Assembly: GCA_964035545.1 (NCBI GenBank)
Contig: OZ037769.1
Span: forward strand, 13,732,633-13,796,632
DNA from: Bugula neritina
Lineage: Eukaryota; Animalia; Bryozoa
Length of the DNA: 64,000 nt
Reading direction: 5' to 3'
In this document: positions 13,118 through 25,174 of the stretch, one piece after another
Numbering within the stretch: position 1 is the first letter of the stretch
Layout: each line of letters opens with the position of its first letter
Notes under the pieces: generated by a model
The model's input: only the letters and a program-made list of their open reading frames with translations
Databases searched by the model: none
Told to the model about the DNA's origin: nothing
Program-made: the position numbers and the translations under genes

Positions 13118-14112
13118 TTACCCTCTCCTTGATATTCTACTTCGTCTGCTTCCCCATCGTCTTCTGGTTGATCTTCTAGAAGTGCACCGGAGAGTACCTC
13201 TAGAGCACACCAGACCAACCGAACACCTGCAACACAATTATCTGGTTGGAAATCAGATTGACATTAAACTGCTGTCATCATATCATAATTATGTGCTCTT
13301 ATATATGAGATTTATACTAATTGTAAGTTATGTTTTTAATTGTAAGCTTCCATTATGCAAAATAATTTTTCATCTGGTGTAAAGCAATGAATATTATAGC
13401 ACCAGTATAGCTATAGTAGCGTATAGCACAGGCTTGCCAGAGTATCAGAATTATTGAAAGCTTTTTTGCATTCAGCTTCAAAATCTTATGCATTTCAATA
13501 TTACTTAAATTTATAATTCATAAAAAAATTGGGTGGGTGTTCATGTTGAAAATCTGCCTAGCTAGACCATAGCTTATTTTAAAGCTCTTCAAATAATTCA
13601 TATAGTATATTCTATATAATAGAGTTTGCTGTAAAAGTCTTATTAGAATATGTATATCTACATATAATTCAGTTATATAGTTATTAGGTAGTTTTGTGAA
13701 AAGCTGGTAAAAACTTTTTCAGATTTTGACTTAGAGACTGCACTCATTTAATTTTCTAATTTGAAGCTAAAACTCCAATCTTTTAAAAAATAGTTTGATG
13801 TTTGAAAACTCAGATTCATAAATATTTAGAAGCTCTACCAAAAAGTAATAACAAAGAAAGCAATACAACCCAGAACTAGCAACAATTAATAAAATACTAA
13901 TATTTTTCTACTCCACCTGTAGGCATGTTGCCTTTCATGGTCCTACACACAGTGAGATAGAGCTACATTATTGTGGTAATCACTTACCTGCTGCATGTGT
14001 CACATTGCTGTCCAACTCTCTGAGTCGTTCCACAACGCCTTTGTGAGCTGAAGATCACCAAACAAGCAGCAATCAGCAGAAACACAGTCAGTGCAGCAGA
14101 TTTAAACTTCAT
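13118..14112 (-). CDS. Secreted Cys-rich cationic peptide B, 77 aa (coding exons 14112-13988, 13226-13118; non-coding exon 1 ends 14249)
   Basis: MKFKSAALTVFLLIAACLVIFSSQRRCGTTQRVGQQCDTCS/RCSVGLVCSRGTLRCTSRRSTRRRWGSRRSRISRRG*. Canonical splice sites, TATA 14342-14335, AATAAA 12829-12824. Confidence 0.85.
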
Positions 14113-15481
14113 CTCTGTTCTGTATAATAGTCATAATGCTTCAACACAACTTGTATGCATTTTCCACATTTTACTCTAAATATTGTACATATACCATGAA
14201 ATATTATAGGATAATATAAATCACTCAATGTTTATATATAAATCCTACCTTCAGGTTAAAAGAACAAATTGCAAGTTGATGGCAACCCAAAGCAAGTGCT
14301 TGCAGAAGAGTGGATTGTGTAGTGTGGAAGGGAATATTTATATAGTATATCTTTGAGATTATAAAAATGTAAATTATTAGGAAGTGGTGTTTTAAAAAAT
14401 TACAAATAGTATAACCACAAAGGTTGACAGAGCTATAACCTTATCAAAATACTACATAATAAAAAAAAATCACATTATTTTATAACAAAGCCTAATGAAA
14501 CAAATACTGAGTAAGTACAACATATATTGCAAAATAACTATTTCCAGTTTAAATTGATGGAGGCAATGTTCTAACACTGAGAATTAAAATAACAGGCTGG
14601 TAAGTTTACTGTTCATATAGGAAAGATGGGAATGCATCAGATAGTGTAACTGACTTACTTTTCATTGGATGATATTTATTTGGGCAGCCTAAAAAACAAA
14701 GGAGAAGAATTACAGATTGGAATTTTATTATTTCCTATAACTGGAGCCTTTCAACTGTAATAACCAATAAAATATTTGGTTGTTTATCTGGAATGACCCT
14801 ATTTAACTCATAACATCATGTTTTATGATGGAAACTAAAAATATGATACTAAGCTTTGCATATATAGGATGTTTTGGTAAAGTAAAATGATACAGACAGT
14901 ATATTATAGATAATAGAATGTTGTACAACTTAGGTTTGTTGACCTATTGAAAAACCTTGATCGAGTCAATTGCTTTAACATTATCTGGGAAAAATTCCCA
15001 AAGATACAAAAATTGTTGCTATGATGAACTTTTAATTTGTGATTTCTCTCTTTCATTTTAAGATTTTCAAGTCAGCTGCATTTTCTAGGCACTTTATCAC
15101 CTCTTCTTTATGAATATTCACACTTTCTGCTTTATATGAATTCTCACTTTTAAAACGTATTTCCTCTATCAATTCGAACTGTAAGTAGTTATTTTATCAT
15201 ATGCTACACCTGACATTGCTTTATTTATTAGGTTTTAGTATAAAACAATATTGAGTCTGTTCCATAAACTTATTATTTTGATAAAGCAGTTTCGTCATTT
15301 TCATAGTTATAATTGTAAATTTGTAGAACACCAGCTGGTAGCAGTTTAAATCTGGTTATAGATTCAAGATGATAGATTAATATGGGCTGATGAGAAATTA
15401 TGCATGTAAACTTTATCCAGATTAAGGATATGCCAGAAAGTAGGTCATTTTACGTAATCTATTACACACTATAATTATATA

Positions 15482-17263
15482 CAGTGCTGTGAAAAAGTTT
15501 AAGGACGCCTCATTATTTTCCATAATAGCAATGTTCCAAGCTAATTTTAAGACATAACAAAAGCATTTCCATAGGCATGATGCCTATCAAAATGATCCTT
15601 AAGATCTCCTGATCTCATTTATATAAATCATTAGTGTTTCTTTTCACTTCCTTCCAAAATATGGGTAAAATAATGAGATACTATGCATATATGGGAATTA
15701 TTCAATGTTCTCACAATTTGTGTGTACTGTAGGATATCAGAATATTTTACTTGAAACATAGAAAAATATTGTATGTGATTTGTTCTACACATTATAGCAG
15801 CATTGCAACACACAGTGCTTTAAATTTTAGTATCAATGTTTTGTTGGCCAGCCTTTATTCTCAATCACTAGTCGGCAGCTACGAGGTATCAACTCGTACA
15901 GCTTCTCCAACTCGTTTTCAGTCACAACATGATGCTATGCATGAATTACAGGCTCTATGAGTGTCACCTTAGTTGTTGGCTTCTGTAAAGAGACTATTTT
16001 AGCCATTCTTGACCATAAATTTCTTATTGGGTTCAAGTCCCGGCTTTGGGCTGGCCAGTTAAGCGTTGAGACCCTCTGCTTTTTCATCCACTCTTTAACA
16101 GTTTTTGCCCAATGGCATGGTGCATTGTCATCTTCAAATATGTTAATTTCATTTAAAAAGAAGTTTTTTTATGATTGAAAGAAGTTTAGCATTGAGTTTA
16201 TCTATATATTTTTGGGCATTAACATCATTCCAGAGCAATTACTGAGTCGTCCTACACCTTTTGATGTTATACAACCCCAGAACATAACACCGATAGGGTG
16301 CTTAATTGTTGTAAGAATACATTAGGGGTTATATTCCTCACACTGGTATCTTCTAACAAAACAGTTTCCAGCATGATTGTTCACATTAAATGTAGATCTA
16401 TCTGAAATAATTACTTTTTTCTAGTCATTCACTGTCTAACTACCATGCTCCTTGGCCCACCGTAGCCGGTTTTTTCGCTACTTCTCGGTTAGTAGAGGCT
16501 TCCTTCTTGCTTTGCAGACACATAGACCATGGCTCAGCAGTCTTCGCCTTATCAGGGATGTCGAAGCTGTTGTTCCTGTTGATTCTGACCATTCTTTGCC
16601 AACTCAGGACTTGTTTTATGGCAATCTTTCTTGCTGACCCTAATGAAAACCTTGTCATCTCGTAGTGTGCTTATTCTTGGTCGTCCACTTCCAGGTCAAT
16701 CTGCTACACTGCCAGTCTCCATGAACTTCTTGATAATTTGATAAACAGTTGTCTTTTCTTTGCCAACCTTTTCAGATATTTTCCTAATTGACTAACCTTC
16801 GTTATGCAAAAAAATTATTACAAACCTTGCTTTTGAAGTAAGATTTACAGCTCTCATTTTGTCTATGCGCAGCACCTAAGTAGACACCATGTAAAAGCTT
16901 ACAACTAAATGACATATTTCAAATTATGAAAGAAAGTCATACTTTATGGTATCATGATGCCATGTACAAAGTAAAATTTCACTGTTTAGCCTTTTGTGAT
17001 TATCAGAAGCGATAAACTTTGGAAACATAAAAACACAGGAGTTGCGCTTTCCTAGCTGCTTGTATAGTTAGCCCGAAAATAGGTAGAAAACATCACAGCA
17101 GTTGGAATTTATAAGGTGGAAATTGTAGTGCACATTTTAAGAGTCATTTTGATATATAGAACTTGCAGGAAAATACTAAGAACTTCCAAGAAATGCCTAA
17201 TAAACAATACATAGAAATACATAGAAATTTCTGCAAGCGTCCTTAAACTTTTTCACAGCACTG
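15482..17263 (-). mobile_element. Full-length but inactivated Tc1/mariner transposon (1782 bp)
   Basis: Perfect 27-bp TIRs CAGTGCTGTGAAAAAGTTTAAGGACGC flanked by TA. The minus-strand transposase from ATG 16857 has GSGRPR, VMFWGCI, FEDDNAPCH and WPAQSRDLNPI motifs but multiple stops and frameshifts. Confidence 0.93.
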
Positions 17264-17724
17264 TATCTAGATTTTTAGCTATTTTGCCAGAATACTTTAG
17301 AAAACAATATTCTAATGTGAAAAACATATAAGGTCTCAGTTATTGTCGGCATTTTATGCATGGCTGCTTTTGAGACAGTCTGTAAGCTTGCAAACGCTCT
17401 ACCCCTATATAAATGGTAGTTTTTATTAAATTTTGCAAAGTATAACAACTTATATATATATACTAAAATATTCCCGTTAGCACATGTATCATAGTACAAA
17501 TCTTCATCTAGCTACGTGTATAATAAACACACTTTTTAGTTAATAGAGAAATTATGCTATGAGTACTTCGTCCTATCTGTTTACTTGATGAAATATTGCA
17601 AGCCGAACGTAAAACAAGCTACAACTAGTTTTCAGCAAATCATTCTTTTAGCATTAAGATGTGAAGCGCGTAATTATACTAGCAATTAAGTAAAGCTCTG
17701 TAACTATCTGAAGATAAACAGTCA

Positions 17725-17886
17725 AGGTTCTTTTAATTTTGTTTGATTTCTCATGTTTATTCCTATTTATTTAGCTGATTTGGGTTGCGGACCACTACGG
17801 AAAAAACCGTAACGGTTATAGCTATCAAAATTAACTGAATAATTAGGAAAAAAACATGAGATATCAAGCAAAATAAAAAAGAACCT
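17725..17886. mobile_element. Short fold-back/MITE-like inverted repeat
   Basis: ~55-bp imperfect inverted arms (AGGTTCTTTTAATTTTGTTTGATTTCTCATG... / ...CATGAGATATCAAGCAAAATAAAAAAGAACCT). Confidence 0.6.
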
Positions 17887-18019
17887 GCGTGTACTTATTG
17901 ATAATTCACTAGTTTTGAAAAAACCCATGTTCATTAGCAGCTAGATTGTGAAAAATAGCTAAAAGCTGAAGACTTCCAACGTGTATATAACTAAATTAAG
18001 TAAAATCACCTTATATAAA

Positions 18020-19650
18020 CATCCTCCTCCAGAGTAAAAGAGCAAATGGCAAGTTGATGGCAGCTCAGAGCAAGTGCTTGTGCAGAGGAATTGATTGTGC
18101 AGTGTGGAAGAAATATTTATACAGTATACTGTCTGATACTAAAAATGTGTAAATTGTTTGGAAGTAGTGTTTTGAAAACTTAGAAATATATGTGATAACA
18201 ACAAAAGCTAGCTGAACTATATCTTATCAAAATAATAAGTAATAGAAAAATTCATATTTTAAACAAAGCAAAGCAAAGCTTAATTAAATGAGTACTGGGT
18301 AAGTGCAACATGTCATGATGAAATAAATATATTTGATCTAAATTGATATAGAAGCAATGTTAATCTAACACTGAGAATTAAAATAACAAGCTGGTAAGTT
18401 TACTAATTATATAGAAAAGATAGGAAAGCTTCAGATAGTGTATAACTGATTTAGTACTAATTTGATAATCTATTTATTTGGGCAGCTTTAAAAACAAAGG
18501 AGAAAAATTGCAGATCGGAATTTTATTATATTTTCCTATAACTGCCGCATTTCAACTAATGTGAAATACAATATTTGAGGCTGTCTAACAATAGGGATTG
18601 TCTATCTGGATTGACACCAAAAAGCACATATCATGCTTTATGATGCGAAATAAAAACAAATGATGCTGCATGTGCTTTACATACATATAAGATGTTTTGG
18701 CCAAATAATATGCAGGTAGTATAGAATGTTTTCCAACTTAGGTTTGTTGACCTACTAAAAAACCTTGTTGAGGTCAATTGCTTTATTAGGTAGTAGACAA
18801 GATTCTAGAGATATAAAAATAATTGCCATGACAAACCTCTGATATTCCATTTTTCTGCTCTGTTTTTATAGACTGCCGAATTAAATATCCTCAAATAAAT
18901 AGTAAGCCAGTGACACTTTACAGGCACTTTACCATCTCTTCTTTATGAATAATAAGGTTATCTGCTTATTGTGAATTCTTGCTGTGTTAGAACATTGCCA
19001 CCATCAAATCAAACTGGAAATAGTTATTTTGTCATATGCTACACCTGGCATTGTTGACTTTATTAGGTTTGGGAATAAAACAATATGGAATCTGTTCCAT
19101 ACTTATCATTTTGATAAGGCAGTTTTGTAGTTAATTGTAAATCTTTAAACACCATGGCTGGTATAGCAAGTTCTTATGTGGTCAGACTCAAGATTATAAA
19201 TTAATATGAGCTAGCTGATGCTAAATTAGAAACTTTATTCAGTTTTAGGAGGCTAGAAATTATAACAACATAACAGTGTGGAAAATATAAAATCTCAATT
19301 AGTTTAAGTATTATATATCTGCTGTTGATGCAGTATTGTGAAAGCTTGCAAAAACTCTACCTCTACAATTAGTGGTGTTTGACAACAACTTATATACTAA
19401 AATATTATTTTTATTAGCACATGTATATAGTACAACACTTCATCTATAGCCAAATAAAATAAATACATTTTCTGAAAGATTAAATTATGCTATAGTGGTA
19501 CTTTTTCTTGTATATTTTTACTTGATACAATCTTAAAAACTAACATAAAACAATTAATTGGCAATTAGTTTTTAGACTTTAATCAGACTGTCAGTATGAA
19601 GAAGTACTAGTAGTAAGGTAAAGCTCTGTGACTGAAGATAAATGATAGAA
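18020..19650 (-). pseudogene. Orphan duplicate of the peptide-gene first exon plus upstream region, with no coding exons
   Basis: Contains the family exon-1 motif GCAGCTCAGAGCAAGTGCTTG and the TATA box; donor GT is mutated to GG. The upstream ~1.5 kb is colinear with 14350-15480 plus 17265-17720. Confidence 0.7.
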
Positions 19651-20530
19651 AAGCATACATAAGAACAACATCAAGAAATAAAAGACAAAGCAAGAGTGAG
19701 GTAAACTCCAAAAAAAACTTTACACAATTTCTACAGTGTTTTAACTTTTTGAGTTTAAATTGACCAGTTTTGTTTTTATTTTTAACTATAAATAAGAGTA
19801 TATGACAAACTTTTAACTTCTCTGCCAAGCAAACCAAATCATTCCTTACGATTCAAAAGAAACAATACTGATGTATAGCGTTGTATACACACTGTCTATG
19901 ACATTAAAAATACATCTGTATAGTACGTGTTGACCAACTTGGGCTTAGTGAAGGTAATTTTTTTAACATTTATAGGTTGTCGACACCTTTAGACATTTAA
20001 CAATAATTGCATTAATAATGACCCAATATGTGACCATTCTCCTATAAGATGTTATCAAATGAGTATATATCATACTGGAAATAATTATTTTATCGTATAA
20101 TGCAGGTATATACCATATGTTAACTTTATTAGGGTATTGTTATAACACAATGTAATTTTTTTTATTATGCTTATTATTTTAATAAGATAGTTCAGTCATT
20201 GTGCAATTATTTTCCAAAGCCAGCTGTTAATAATTTACATCTGCACAGTATTAGACAGTATAAATATGCTCTTCCACACTCCACAATCCACTCCTCTGCA
20301 AGCACTTGCTCTGAGCTGCCATCTGTCTGTCATCTACTTGCCATTTTCTCTTTTACTCTGAAGGTAGGTCTTATATATAAATAGTAATATGCAATCTAAA
20401 TTATCCTGAAATAACTCATTGTATATGTAGTATGTTTTATAGAGTCAAGTGTAGCATATGTGCATGCAAGTTGTGTCAAAGCATTGTAGCCATGAGCAAA
20501 TTTTATTGAAGATTTCTCCAAAGAACAAAG

Positions 20531-21475
20531 ATGAAGTTTATATCTGCTACACTGATTGTATTTCTGCTGATTGCCGGGTGTTTGGTGATGCTGAGCTGGC
20601 AAAGATATTGTGGCTCGACCCAGAGATACGGACAACATTGCGGCTCATGTAACAAGTAAGTTATTTCCACAAGAAAGTAGTTTACTGCATAAAGTGGATA
20701 TATACACAGGAGGGCAACCAGCTGGCTTATAACAAGCAAATCATGATGAAAATTATTGTACTTTATTTTGATAAATTTGAGTTGTATCTTTTCAATTAAC
20801 TTTTACTTTATCAAGCAATCAAGTAATTACTCAGTCTAAATTTTTGAAGATTAAAATATATTTCTACAAAGATTAGAATTTTAGCTTCAAATTTTAAATT
20901 CAAATAATGGTTTTCAAGTTGAAATATCTGAAAACTTAACTATGAAATAAATATAATGAATATTCTAATAATATTTTCCTAGCAGACTTCATTGTAAAAT
21001 CTATAGCAGTTTGCAAGTTTAAAAAAACTTATGTTCTTCAAAGTATTTTCTGAACAATTTTTGTGTTATAAATAGTGAGTTTACAAGCTATTGAAACAGC
21101 TTCACTTTTGCAGCTGCATAATGCAAAATAATTCTAGATTATTTTTTTAACATGATAAGTTTTTAACAGATAATTAACACTGTTTGCTATGCATTCATGA
21201 ATGTAACTATATTAACTGCTCTGAATAGCTATTACACTGCAGCATAATGTACTTTTATATTGTTAAATAAAAGCCTGTAATATATTATTAAGATTAAACA
21301 ACAGTATTATATAACCCAACACCACCAAAGTTACACTTATGATCTGACTATATGTTTCAGATGTATGACTGGTCTAACCTGCTCCTCTTCTACTTACAAA
21401 TGTACACATTCGTCAACCAGAAGGTCAACTCGAACCAGAACTCGAAGTTCTTTTAGAGGATCGAGAAGAGGATAA
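20531..21475 (+). CDS. Secreted Cys-rich cationic peptide C, 79 aa (coding exons 20531-20655, 21361-21475; non-coding exon 1 ~20290-20363)
   Basis: MKFISATLIVFLLIAGCLVMLSWQRYCGSTQRYGQHCGSCN/KCMTGLTCSSSTYKCTHSSTRRSTRTRTRSSFRGSRRG*. TATAAATA 20259-20266, donors GTAGGT and GTAAGT, acceptor TTTCAG at 21360, AATAAA 21750-21755. Confidence 0.87.
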
Positions 21476-23307
21476 ACAATGGATTCGTGAGAAAAGTTGG
21501 ACCTATATTTTTTAATTATCTGAAGATCTCCAACTTTTTCCTATTACCATGGCAACTCAATTATTGTTACCAAACTTTTAAGCCAATGGAGTTTTTATCT
21601 TACATAATGTAGAAATGTTTCTTGTTTATTAGTGTATAAGAGCTTGAAAAAGTTTTGCTGAATGTTTCTTTTCTCTCAATTTAAATTTTTATGAACGAAA
21701 TGTAGCTTTTGACTCTCCAAAACAAGATGCATATATTATGTAAAACTACAATAAACTATAGTTCAACAGCTTTAAAACAATTCTACTCGATGGTTTTACA
21801 TTTGAACTAGAAAGAAATTTTACAACAGAAGAAGAAGCTCTACCCCTATATATTATAGCTCTCTTGTTTTGTTGAATTTTAAAAAATATAGCAACCTGCT
21901 TACTATTACAAAAATTTCTGCTAGCAAAATTATGGTACACTTAATCCAGTCACATTTAATAAACACATTTCTAATGAGAAAATATTTGCTACCATAAGCA
22001 TTGATGACTATTTTTACCTGATAAAATATTGTGAAACCAACATAAAAATGATGTAATTAGTTTTTAGTTACTCTGTCTGTCAGCATCAAAAGATGAAATG
22101 TACATGCCAGAGATCGAGTCCATTTCAGTAGCAGCAAGCACCTGAGTTGGCAAGTCAACCGCTCAACCATACAGCCACTTATATGTTACTGAAACATCCA
22201 TAAAGTTTTGTAGAAACATTATTTCCTGGTTGATTTATAACTGCATATATTTAAAAGAATGTCATCAAGACATGTGTTAGACCTATATCTCTTCTTAATA
22301 TAAATAACTGAACATATGGCAGCTGTATCGGATTATATGCATATGAAGCTGATGTTTTGATAATTGATTTATTAAAAAACACAAGACAGTTTAAAAATAA
22401 TATTTATTTTTGTATTACATTACATACACACTTAGATCTACAAGTTTAGTTGGTGCAGCTATATTTTGCCTTTAAATTGAATAACTGCTAAATCGTAAAT
22501 TTACATATTATATAGTCTAAAGGTAATGTGTAAAACAATATTGATATAGTTTGGTTAAGCGATTAAGTCATCAAAATTGATTTTGCTAATTTAGTTTTGC
22601 ATCTTTAGTATTTTTAATAGGTTAATAGTTATTTAAGCTTTTTACATCTGGTGCAAGACAAGTATTTTCTTTAATATATATACGTAAATTAAGGGGATCA
22701 CATGGTACAAAGACTATTAGTGACTCATGTAATTTTTATGTTTAAAATAAATTAGCGCTTTAATATTTATTTATTTATATTGGCTCATAAAAATTTCTCA
22801 TATAACATGTAAAACTATTTGTTTTGATAACTCTAATATTTAGTGTTATGTATTTTTATGCTGCTCTTATAGAAGCTTACTTTGTTCGTATTTCTTGCGA
22901 TGCATATATTATATGTTAATCGTGGTTATTAAATAAATAGGGCCATCATATATCATAGTGCTTTCTTGTATCTGGAATGTACAGATGTTTGTTTATGTTC
23001 ATGTTTATGATTTTATTCTTGCAAAATTCATATAAATTAGGTCTGTTTTCCATCGCAGCAAAAATTTGGAATGTATAGAATTTATTGACATCATTTCTAA
23101 AAGTAAAATTACCACTTTTTCCTTTATTTTTTAGTTAAATCAACAAAATTTAAATGATCTAATCTAGATATCCAACTGTAGTCGTTTAATCACTGTTTAC
23201 ATAATGCTAGTAGATTTTAGAAAGATATAATGTTCTTGTATATGATAAAATAAAAAACACGTCAATTGCTCGCAATACGAGAGGAAATCTTACAGCTGAG
23301 ACTGGAT

Positions 23308-25114
23308 CTAAAGTCCGTGATTCTTCAACTCTCTATCCATCTGGCACATGGCCAAATCACGACAATATATAGCGCAATAGTAATCTTCAAAAATGGATCC
23401 CTTAAAAAATAATTATGGAACATGTGAAACAATAAAGACAGCAACATGCATACATTTTCTTTATTGTTTACGTACTGAATCAGTTTTAACATAGTTTTTG
23501 TATTGCTTATATACCAAAGTGAAATAGCTTTGACAAGTTTATTGGTTATATTCACACTTTTTAATAATTAACTATGAAAAATTTCTAAACCTGAATTTTG
23601 TAGATATTTGTAATCTAGCATAAATGAATGCCTAAAAGTTTTTAAACTTAAACATAACATATTAAGGCCGATTTAAATACAAACGCTCACTGTTCTTCAT
23701 GTGTATATACTTGATGATCACTTACCTTGATCCCAAACATAGTTCGGAGTTTTGTTCTCATGGCAACCCAGCCGACAGGGGCAAGGCAAAAGGCAGCCCC
23801 ACAACCACAGCAGCAGTCTTCTCCCATACGACTGGCTACACTGCAGGCAAAGCAAGGGAAACAGAACCATGCATTGCAGCCTACAATATCAGGAAATAGA
23901 AGTGCAGGATATTACTGCTGTCAGCGTGTTAGCACAAGATACAAAGCGATGAACTTCTAATGTTTTAATTACTTTGGCTTGACTTTGTATGGAGGACATA
24001 TCTTCTCCCAAACCTCCAATAAGTTTGTTGTGCTGTGCATATTGAAACTTAAATTCACATAACTATATTTTGTACATATAAAGCTAGCTAACTCGCTATT
24101 TTCAAGTATTTTGCAAACTTTAAACAATATATTTTCAAATCATTTGATTTTTCAGAATATTACTATAATTATATTCATGTGTGGTCTCTGTAGTGTTGAG
24201 TAATGGTAGCACACTTGCTTGCCAGTCAGAGGACTCGGGTTCGATTCTCAGTAGTGGCAATTATTTTTCAAGCTATTTCGGCCTTTAGTGAAGTGTAGTT
24301 GTAGTACTCCGAGGGAGTTGAGAGGCCAGGGGAGCCTAAAGACTGAAGGAGTAGTAGATAGGTAAGTGCAGTTCAGAGAACTGGGTGGGATGTAGTGTTG
24401 AGTTTACCCAGTGGCCTCCATGGTGTAATGGTAGCACACTTGCTTGCAAGCCAAAGGACTCGGGTTTGATTCCCAGTGGTGGCAAATATTTTACAGTCTC
24501 TATTCATTATCTTGGTTTTATGGTTAAATTACTAGTAAAATAAACCAAACGCATCAGTAAGAAAAGTTTATATCTACTTGCTGAAAAGGCAGTTACGATA
24601 ATGAGGACAATTAAATTTCAAGAATTCAACTATATATATAGACCTGTCTCAACTATTTTCAATTATTAATAATGGCCATACACGATTTCATCAATATCAC
24701 CCTAAATGAACAAACATATTGAGCAAACCGTTGCTAAAGGTTTAGCTACAAATACAAGCAAGCTAATAATTTCAACACCAGCCATCTACACAATCACCTC
24801 AGCTTTAGTAATACTTTTATTCCTTAGCAACTAAACCACAGTTGACATTTTTATTGTATAGAGTGTAAGTCTACTGCAAATTGAATCAGTAATCCAAATT
24901 ACATTTCTCCCTTGTTCATTGCATATCTCATATACCGTAATAAATAGGTAATTACCAAACTTCAGGGTATAACTGTATAGTGCTATAATAAATTAGCATA
25001 AGTAATCCGCGTGTATATTTTGTTGCATAACTATTTCTATAAATAAATAATATTAATAATATTAAATCACTATTAACATACTATTTCTGCTTATTGTATT
25101 AGTAATTAGATGGT

Positions 25115-25174
<60 letters not shown>

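Noticed and set aside
14985-15000. GGGAAAAATTCCC, an NF-kB-like site upstream of peptide gene B
   Set aside because: The spacing does not fit the consensus well and it is not conserved in the duplicate block near 18800.
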